Shown here piece by piece: positions 58,431 through 64,000 of a stretch of DNA of 64,000 nt. The DNA lies in the NCBI GenBank assembly GCA_951406725.2, contig OX597837.1, positions 15,624,001-15,688,000 of the forward strand, read 5' to 3'. Positions within the stretch are counted from its first letter, which is position 1; every line of letters starts with the position of its first letter. Origin of the DNA: Octopus vulgaris (taxonomy: Eukaryota). Under the pieces are notes generated by a model that was not told where the DNA came from, ran no database searches, and worked only from the letters and a program-made list of their open reading frames with translations. Made by a program: the position numbers and the translations under genes.

Positions 58431-58792
58431 GTTGTTGTTGTTGTCGCTGTTGTTCTCCAAAGTGGAGACAAGCATCCGTTTCGGGCTGCTAACCCTGTGT
58501 GTCTCATCATCACCCATTTCCTCACTCTCTGCCTCCTCCCTCTCTTCTTCCTCCTCCTCTTCCTCTTCTTCCATTGTTGCTTCTGTTTCTTCTTCTTCTT
58601 CCTCTTCCTCTTCTACTTCTTCTTCCATTTCCTCCTCAACCGCCTCATCAGCCTCACCGATATCTCCGTCCTCTTCGTCTTCTGGTTCGCCGCTATCATT
58701 GATGTTGCTACAGCTAAAGCTATTGCCGTTCTCTTCCAACGATGGACTCAGTCGATCCATTTCAACATCTTTCAATTTCTCAATGCTGTTTT
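15701..58792 (-). CDS. MPND: MPN domain-containing protein (RAMA + MPN+/JAMM), 14 coding exons, whole gene span
   Basis: Hand-spliced exons with GT-AG boundaries and matching phases give [25 protein letters not shown]|[49 protein letters not shown]|IKYKGRKL (RAMA) and [20 protein letters not shown]...[20 protein letters not shown]...FWVMPP...DYGIPM...FYKGSPD (MPN+), colinear with vertebrate MPND as I recall it. CDS is 2472 nt from ATG 58760 to TGA 15701. Confidence 0.95.
15885..16116. mobile_element. piggyBac-like MITE
   Basis: TTAA-CTCTTTAGCAT ... ATGCTAAAGGG-TCAA terminal inverted repeats; paralogues at 22597-22819 and about 48790-48940. Confidence 0.65.
16475..16567 (-). CDS. MPND: MPND exon 13
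   Basis: ttttctcag|AAA TCT...GTA AAG|gtgagt; [31 protein letters not shown]. Confidence 0.95.
16663..16842. repeat. 12-bp minisatellite (CAGACTCATTAA) x15
   Basis: Direct reading. Confidence 0.95.
17822..17908 (-). CDS. MPND: MPND exon 12
   Basis: ttaacag|CAA CCT...GAA ATG|gtaagc; [29 protein letters not shown]. Confidence 0.95.
18704..18777 (-). CDS. MPND: MPND exon 11
   Basis: ttcctcag|CT CCC TAT...GTA GAG|gtaagt; [24 protein letters not shown]. Confidence 0.95.
19110..19440 (+). mobile_element. possible RTE-type LINE 5' region relic
   Basis: caatgaccctgagagc...tcctggtggg...ggacagatcagagg resembles RTE 5' UTRs as I recall them; not verified. Confidence 0.35.
19757..19925 (-). CDS. MPND: MPND exon 10, JAMM metal-binding motif
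   Basis: ttttgtag|ATT CGA...ATT G|gtgagt; [56 protein letters not shown]. Confidence 0.97.
20971..21047 (-). CDS. MPND: MPND exon 9
   Basis: atgcag|AT CTG...GCT GAG|gtgagt; [25 protein letters not shown]. Confidence 0.95.
21170..21460 (+). mobile_element. retroposon family C with (GAT)n tail
   Basis: ggttggcattaggaagggcatccagc...cccatgccagcatggaa...cgttaaa..tgatgatga; other copies near 400-510, 26100-26325, 32990-33300, 39650-39870, 50900-51060, 60475-60640 and 61010-61230. Confidence 0.75.
22112..22184 (-). CDS. MPND: MPND exon 8, contains the JAMM catalytic Glu
   Basis: ttgtag|GAT TTC CAC...CAA C|gtaagt; [24 protein letters not shown]. Confidence 0.96.
22597..22819. mobile_element. piggyBac-like MITE, second copy
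   Basis: ATAA-CCCTTTAGCAT ... ATGCTGAAAGG-TCAA; shares gacattgtagggtag...gagg core with 15885-16116. Confidence 0.65.
23641..23737 (-). CDS. MPND: MPND exon 7, start of MPN domain
   Basis: cttgcag|A GAT CCA...CTC ATA|gtaagt; [32 protein letters not shown]. Confidence 0.95.
25082..25541 (-). CDS. MPND: MPND exon 6 (Gln/Pro/His-rich linker)
   Basis: ttgtttttag|CC TTG...GAA CA|gtaagt; 460 nt, phase 1-2; LNLSLKG...QKVQLSPPP repeats...[16 protein letters not shown]. Confidence 0.88.
27128..27165 (-). CDS. MPND: MPND exon 5 (38-nt linker exon)
   Basis: ctttgcag|A CAT GTC...GAA G|gtgagt; phase 2-1 exactly bridges exons 4 and 6; [12 protein letters not shown]. Confidence 0.8.
27940..28180 (+). mobile_element. 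tRNA-derived SINE family D
   Basis: gtggcttagtggtaagggtgttggactc...gtttcgattcc then gtgttcttgagcaaagcacttc; related copies at 48435-48550 (+) and 46630-46810 (-). Confidence 0.7.
28293..28456 (-). CDS. MPND: MPND exon 4 (linker)
   Basis: cttctctcttacag|GTG...AAA AA|gtaaga; 164 nt, open, phase 0-2, fits neighbours; [14 protein letters not shown]...[11 protein letters not shown]. Confidence 0.8.
29255..29610 (-). mobile_element. RTE-clade LINE fragment (RT C-terminus)
   Basis: [12 protein letters not shown] / [18 protein letters not shown]...[13 protein letters not shown] with a frameshift. Confidence 0.8.
31770..32375 (-). mobile_element. SINE family A interrupted by a family B SINE
   Basis: Family A head at 32375-32223 and tail at 31988-31770 flank a nested insertion. 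Confidence 0.8.
31989..32210 (-). mobile_element. tRNA-derived SINE family B
   Basis: gcagaatcgttagcacaccgggcgaaatgc...gagttcaaattc...gtcgactttgcctttcatcc; flanked by a 16-bp duplication GGCTTCTTCCAGTTTC. Confidence 0.85.
33384..33465 (+). ncRNA. degenerate type I hammerhead motif (G12A)
   Basis: Stem I ATCT/AGAT; CTGAAGA; stem II GCG..AGGGTT/AACCCT..TGC; AAAA in place of GAAA; stem III ACT-gatt-GGT; triplet GTA. Confidence 0.55.
36920..37143 (+). mobile_element. Penelope-like element GIY-YIG endonuclease C-terminal fragment
   Basis: [35 protein letters not shown]...FKIFPFYKC...[17 protein letters not shown] matches the G(E/Q)T-x-L-x2-R-x2-H...H...FI-x5-LN pattern of the PLE endonuclease. 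Confidence 0.8.
37761..37847 (-). CDS. MPND: MPND exon 3, end of RAMA
   Basis: tttcag|ATC...CTG|gtaagc; 87 nt; [29 protein letters not shown]. Confidence 0.93.
38333..38560 (+). mobile_element. SINE family A with an internal inverted duplication
   Basis: Family A head and body; extra palindrome at 38399-38435. Confidence 0.8.
38722..38944 (-). mobile_element. SINE family B, young copy inside a (CAC)n tract
   Basis: Closely similar to 31989-32210 along its whole length. Confidence 0.85.
39997..40143 (-). CDS. MPND: MPND exon 2, RAMA core
   Basis: cag|GGA AAG AAA...GCA TCG|gtaagt; 147 nt, phase 0-0; [49 protein letters not shown]. Confidence 0.96.
40570..40815 (-). mobile_element. RTE-like LINE 3' fragment
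   Basis: KRQKL...[19 protein letters not shown]...LLR resembles the RTE ORF C-terminus. Confidence 0.65.
41115..41415. repeat. (CCA)n-based compound tandem repeat followed by (GGT)n
   Basis: Unit cacaaacattactaccatctccagctcaaccaccacc, 3-4 copies. Confidence 0.85.
42380..42790 (+). mobile_element. SINE family A, near full length
   Basis: Same head, gccgaccaaagccttgtga body, internal (TG)n and cagcatggccacagtccaatgactga tail. Confidence 0.85.
43180..43780 (+). mobile_element. cluster of degenerate SINE family B copies
   Basis: Repeated agttcaaa...ggtcaa.tttgcctttcatc...aagtacc blocks. Confidence 0.7.
44662..44752 (+). ncRNA. type I hammerhead ribozyme motif (Penelope-like)
   Basis: Stem I TTTTAG/CTAAAA; core CTGATGA; long stem II; GAAA; palindromic stem III ACAATTGT; cleavage triplet GTA (cut after 44746). 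Confidence 0.75.
44798..45261 (+). mobile_element. possible degenerate Helitron-like element
   Basis: Starts TCTCTTATTATAAAAGGCAGATTTTATCTGCC (5' TC plus palindrome) after a (TA)n tract; ends TTAG|T with no clear hairpin. Confidence 0.4.
45597..45960 (+). mobile_element. mariner transposase relic
   Basis: [11 protein letters not shown]...QWWFQK...SLEDEPH...[19 protein letters not shown]...[10 protein letters not shown]; WVPHEL-type motif, in-frame stop. Confidence 0.88.
45980..46616 (+). mobile_element. non-autonomous Helitron
   Basis: 5' TC after A; 3' CTAG before T; subterminal hairpin CCCG-agcaacgc-CGGG (46589-46604); no TSD; three internal copies of gtctac(g)atgagtc..cgattt..aaa...ccattttaatgca. 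Confidence 0.85.
48931..49315. repeat. 35-bp minisatellite x11
   Basis: Unit AAGGGTTAAGTGTGGAGCCATCCTTGGGGAG(C/T)TTC, head-to-tail, no spacers. Confidence 0.97.
55782..56670. repeat. degenerate ~175-200 bp tandem array, about 5 units
   Basis: Recurrent cataagtcag...aaga...cattagaaaat.gat...aaatac...aatattt blocks starting near 55782, 55980, 56158, 56331 and 56516. Confidence 0.8.
57948..58792 (-). CDS. MPND: MPND exon 1 (first visible): Glu-rich, poly-Asn, poly-Gln, Gly-rich, start of RAMA domain
   Basis: Acceptor ttttacag|AA at 58792, donor TTG|gtaaga at 57948; in-frame ATG at 58760; ends [25 protein letters not shown]. Confidence 0.9.
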
Positions 58793-61446
58793 CTGTAAAA
58801 TAAAAAGAATTGAAAAAAAAAATGTAATTAGTAAAAATAATAATAATAATAATAATAATGGTTTCAGATTTTTTTTTCCACAAGGGCAGCAATTTTGGCG
58901 GGAGGGGATGAGTTAATTACTTTGACCCCAATGTTCAACTGGTACTTATTTTATCGACACCCAAAAGGATGAAAGGCTAAGTCAACCATGGCAGAATTTG
59001 AACTCAGAATGGAGCGATGGGTGAAATACTGCTATTTTGTCCTGCGTGCTAACGATTCTGCCAGGTCACCACCTTAATAATAATAACAACAACAACCGTT
59101 AATTTCATAGAGAGATACACAGCCTGAAATTTTAGGGAAAAGAATGGTTGATTCTATTAACCTCAGTCCTTGATTGATATTTTATTTTGTAAAGAGGTGA
59201 CAGAGATAGGAACAATTATCAGAGAGAGAGAGAGAGAGAGTGAAGAGGATGGGGAGATGAGAGAGAAAGAAGAGAGAGAGAGAGAAGTGAAGAAAGAAGT
59301 GAGAAAAAGTGAAAACATGGCAGAAAGAGAAAGTAAAAAGAAAGAAGAGAATTCAATGTTTTGGACATTTATTACAAAAGCCCAGTGTTTTGGACAGTGA
59401 CTTTTGTCAAGAAAAGAATACTCAATGTTTTGGACAGTGGCTCTTTATCAAGGACAGGGGAAAAGAAAATGAATGAAAAAAGGAAATGAATGTGAAATGG
59501 AAAGTTATTCTTAAGTTGAAGTTTCCATGATGGTAAAGACTGGTTGGAAGGAGCGACACACACACACACACACACACACATACAGAGGAAGAAAGACATA
59601 CCTAAATAAATACATAGAGGCACACACAAACATATGAATGTGCGTATGTGTGTCTCTCTCTATATATGTGTGTATGTATACACAAACACATATGCATACA
59701 CATATATATGCATCCATAAACAAATACACAGCCAACTTCACCACCACCACCACCACCACCACCACCACCACCACCACCCTACCACATGTTGTTGTTATTG
59801 TTGCTATTGTTGTTATTTTCTTATTTTCGCTTGTTTGTTTCATTTAAGAAATTGTACCAGAATCCATCTAAATGATGAATGACATTAAATTAAGAATAGC
59901 TTCCAGAAAATTCCATTAGGAATCATGGAATAATGAGAAAACCAATTTGTAAATGTGGCAATACTGATGATATAAAATGCAAACTTAAAGAACATGATTA
60001 ATTAAGTTTTAATATCCAAAACGATCATAATTCCAAAGAACTTTACAATTAGACTTATTCCCCGCCCCACACACCCCACAGTCGGCTGTTTGCTGTTGAT
60101 TTCTTTAATCATTTTAAAAGCAAATCTTTTTGAGATAACTCCAAGATTACCAAGGGCTGCTGCTTTTCCCTGGGGTTCTTCCCCACTCCCACTCTGTATT
60201 TGTTGTTGTTATATAGCGCCAGTGCTGTCCTGATCCAGAAGATGAGAACATGATTTATGATCAAAAGCACTCCAGCCGTGAAGGGTTTGGTTGGGAATAG
60301 CAGGTACGACATTTTCTATGCATTCTTCCTTCTTTAAAGAAAAAAAAAAAACGCCCTGCTACACTTGGAACCATCCTTGAGTTGGTTCTACAGTTTGAAT
60401 TGAATCGGGTATCCATCATCATCATCATCATCATCATCGTTGTTTAGCGTTGATGATGATGATGATGGATACCATTGTTTAATGTCCGTTTTCCGTGCTA
60501 GCATGGGTTGGACAGTTCTACCGGGGTCTGGGAAGCCAGGTTCCAGTCTGATCTAGCAGTCTTTCTACAGCTGGATGCCCTTCCTAACACCAACCACTCC
60601 GTGAGTGTAGTGGGTGCTTTTTATGTGCCACCGGCACAGGTGTCAGGGGAGGCTGGCAGTGGCCATGATCGGTTGGTGCTTTTTACATGCCACTGGCACA
60701 GATGTGTATATATACATTTGTCTATGCGTGCTTGTATATAAATAGATGTGTTGGTGTAATAATATATGCCTATTTACAATAAATATCAAAGGGAGCCATG
60801 CTAGCAGTGATTGGTCAGATGTGGGCTTTTGTATCAATGAAATCCTGAATACTAACCATTTACAAACACCCCCTTCCCCGTCACACACACACACAGAGAG
60901 GAGGATACTCTGTTTGCCCCAGGCATAAAGTCACCCCTTGCCTCTCTCAAATACTCCCCACCCGCTTAGTTGATGGGGGCTCTTTCCCTTTCTTGTTCTT
61001 TCCATGGTTTGCAAGCTACCTGGCAACCCCACTATTGCTGGTGACATAAAGAAAGTGCCCAGTCCTCAATGTAATGTGGTCGGCATTAGAAGGGCCAGGA
61101 AGGGTGTGCAGCCATAGAAGCCATCCCAAAGCTGACACTGGAACATGATTCAGCCCTGCGGCTCACTGGATCCTGTCAAACTGTCCACCCCATGCCAGCA
61201 TGGAAAGTGGACATTAAACGAGGATGATGATATATATACACACACACATATAGATATACACATACACACACATATGCGTGCGTATTGAGTTCGTGTTAGG
61301 AACGACGTCCATCCATTGAGACCAGGAGGGAAAAAATGGAGCATTGTTATCTGAATCATCTGTGAGGGCAGAAATTCCAAAGAAAAGCTGACCAGAGCCA
61401 TGACGTCCGGACCAAATAATGCCAGCATCATAATGAGAATGAGATG

Positions 61447-61484
<38 letters not shown>

Positions 61485-61486
<2 letters not shown>

Positions 61487-61835
61487 TTTTATTTGTTTCA
61501 GTCATTTGACTGCAGCCATGCTGGAGCACCACCTTGAATTGAGCAAATCGACCCCAGGACTTATTCTTTGTAAGCCTATCGGTCTCTTTTGCCGAACCAC
61601 TAGGTTATGGGGACGTAAACACACCAGTATCAGTTGTCAAGTGATGGAGGGGATGACAAACACAGACACACAAACTCATATATAAATATATATATATATA
61701 CATGATGGGCTTCTTTCAGTTTCCATCCACCAAATCCACTCACAAGGCTTTGGTTGGCTTGAGGTGCCACGCAGTGGGACTGAACCTGGAACCATGTGGT
61801 TGGTAAGCAAGCTACTTACCACACAGCCAGTCCTA
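61485..61835 (-). mobile_element. SINE family A
   Basis: Reverse complement of family A head, body and tail. Confidence 0.8.
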
Positions 61836-61905
61836 CATATATATACATGCACAACTCTCTGTCTTTTTCTCTTTCTCTCTTACGCATGCACACACACATA
61901 CATGC

Positions 61906-61936
<31 letters not shown>

Positions 61937-62027
61937 CCGGAGTAAATACATAAATGTGAAACAAGGTGGAAAAAAGAGTACTCAAATAGTAGAGGTAGAG
62001 TAATATGCTTTTGCTGCTTTAAATAAA

Positions 62028-62062
<35 letters not shown>

Positions 62063-62829
62063 GATAGATAGATAGATAAATAGAAAAATATATAAATATA
62101 CAAATAGATAGATAGATAGAAAATATAAATAGATAAATAAATAGATAGATAGATAGATATTAAGAAAGAAAGGTATGTAGGTACACACAGTGACATATAT
62201 ATACACACATATGTTATGAACAGTTTAGTAAACGAGAGATAACACATAAAATGCTAACAAAACAAACCAAAAAAATACACACCAACACAGATCCATGCAG
62301 ACACTCCTGTATACAAATATCCACAGACCTCTCGACACCCCAACTTCAAACACACATTTTAAACACACACACACACACACATACAGATGGAAACATACAC
62401 ATATATACGCACACAAGCATGAAAACAAAAGCTAAACAGCTGAAAAAAAAACCAATCAAAAAACAACTCCTCCTCCCCCCCAACCACCACCACACACACC
62501 AAAATGGCTGCTTAATTCTATTTTTCAAATTAAAAACTATATTTCTGTCCTAATTACTGAGTTAGCTTCTCTTGATAACGGTCATTACAATATTTATGCA
62601 TTTTAAGTGGAATAAATCACACTCGCAAAATGACAGACGCTATCAAATGCATTCTTCTCATATAAAACATGAGATTATGGCTGCATACCATCGATTTCAT
62701 TAAGGAATTCAAAAATGGACTGCAATACAACAACATGTAATGTATATAATCGGCAAAAACACATACATACATGTATACATACATACATATATATACGTAT
62801 ATTTATTTATAATTATACATACATATATA

Positions 62830-62869
<40 letters not shown>

Positions 62870-62882
62870 TACATACATATAT

Positions 62883-62923
<41 letters not shown>

Positions 62924-62946
62924 TATATACATATATACACATTACA

Positions 62947-62988
<42 letters not shown>

Positions 62989-63116
62989 TAATGTATATAT
63001 GTGTATGTGTGAACATATGTGTTTAAGTGTTTGAGGTTTTAGTAGGCTTGTGTGTGTGTGTGTATATAAATACACACACACACATATACACATACAGATA
63101 CATACACACACACACA

Positions 63117-63153
<37 letters not shown>

Positions 63154-63238
63154 TCATATGTGTATATATATATTGTGTGTATTCATACAAACATACACAT
63201 AGGTATGTGTGTGCGAGTATAAATACAAGTTTATATAA

Positions 63239-63276
<38 letters not shown>

Positions 63277-64000
63277 GCATATACAAATGCATGAGTATGT
63301 AAATATAAACAAAAACCCATATAACTGTATAGACACACACACACACACACACACACAGGCATTCATCCACAAACACACACACACACACACACAAACATAC
63401 AAACAAAAATATTTCTTATTCCTACAATGAAAGCCATAAAGATGGTGTAATTTTAGAAAAGGGAAAAAATAAATTACCCCCGCCGCCACCACCACCAACA
63501 CCACCATCAACAGCAACAAGAACAACTACGACACTATAAACATAACTATAATTCCAATGCCTGATACTAACAGATTAATTCTGTTTAAAGGTAGATAGGT
63601 AGGTTTGAAGTTGGGAGATGGGGGAGGGGGGCGAGGTAGGAGAGAGAAAGGAATACACACACACACACACACACACACATACATACAAACACACATAAAG
63701 ATAGAGAAAACGATATACATACATATATATACACATTCATACATAGATAGAGAGAGTGAGAAAGAGGAAATGGGAAAAATGATATATGTATATCTGTGTG
63801 TGTGTTTATATATAGATGTATGTATGTGTGTGTATACACACACAGGAAGTCAGGTACAGAGAGAGAGAGAGGGGGGAAGAGAGAGAGAAAGAGAGAGAGA
63901 GAACCAGAGATAAAGACAGAGAGACAATACACACACACATACGCACACATATAGACACACACTAAGTTAGACACACACACACACGCACACATATAGACAC

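Noticed and set aside
58793-64000. Upstream MPND exon or promoter
   Set aside because: No convincing donor site or promoter-like island found; probably outside the window or unrecognisable by eye.

Overview
Eukaryotic, AT-rich, microsatellite- and SINE-dense animal DNA. The repeat landscape suggests a coleoid cephalopod such as Octopus (inference). The main feature is a 14-exon minus-strand MPND gene (RAMA domain plus MPN+/JAMM metalloprotease domain) at 15701-58792. I assembled it by hand: all introns are GT-AG and phase-consistent, giving about 823 aa from ATG 58760. A 5' exon is probably upstream or outside the window. A probable terminal coding exon of a convergent plus-strand gene lies at 1666-1788. 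Between the two 3' ends is a ~12 kb alternating purine/pyrimidine (TA/CA/TG) satellite with a ~3.65 kb internal duplication. The introns hold tRNA-derived SINEs, RTE-like and Penelope-like fragments, a mariner relic (a second lies 3' of the gene), a complete non-autonomous Helitron, piggyBac-like MITEs and minisatellites. The most notable non-coding signals are type I hammerhead ribozyme motifs in (TA)n-flanked modules (44662-44752 nearly intact; 33384-33465 with G12A), a degenerate ~180-bp tandem array carrying a recurring hairpin (55782-56670), and several long hairpins. Nearly all long ORFs in the supplied track are microsatellite artefacts.
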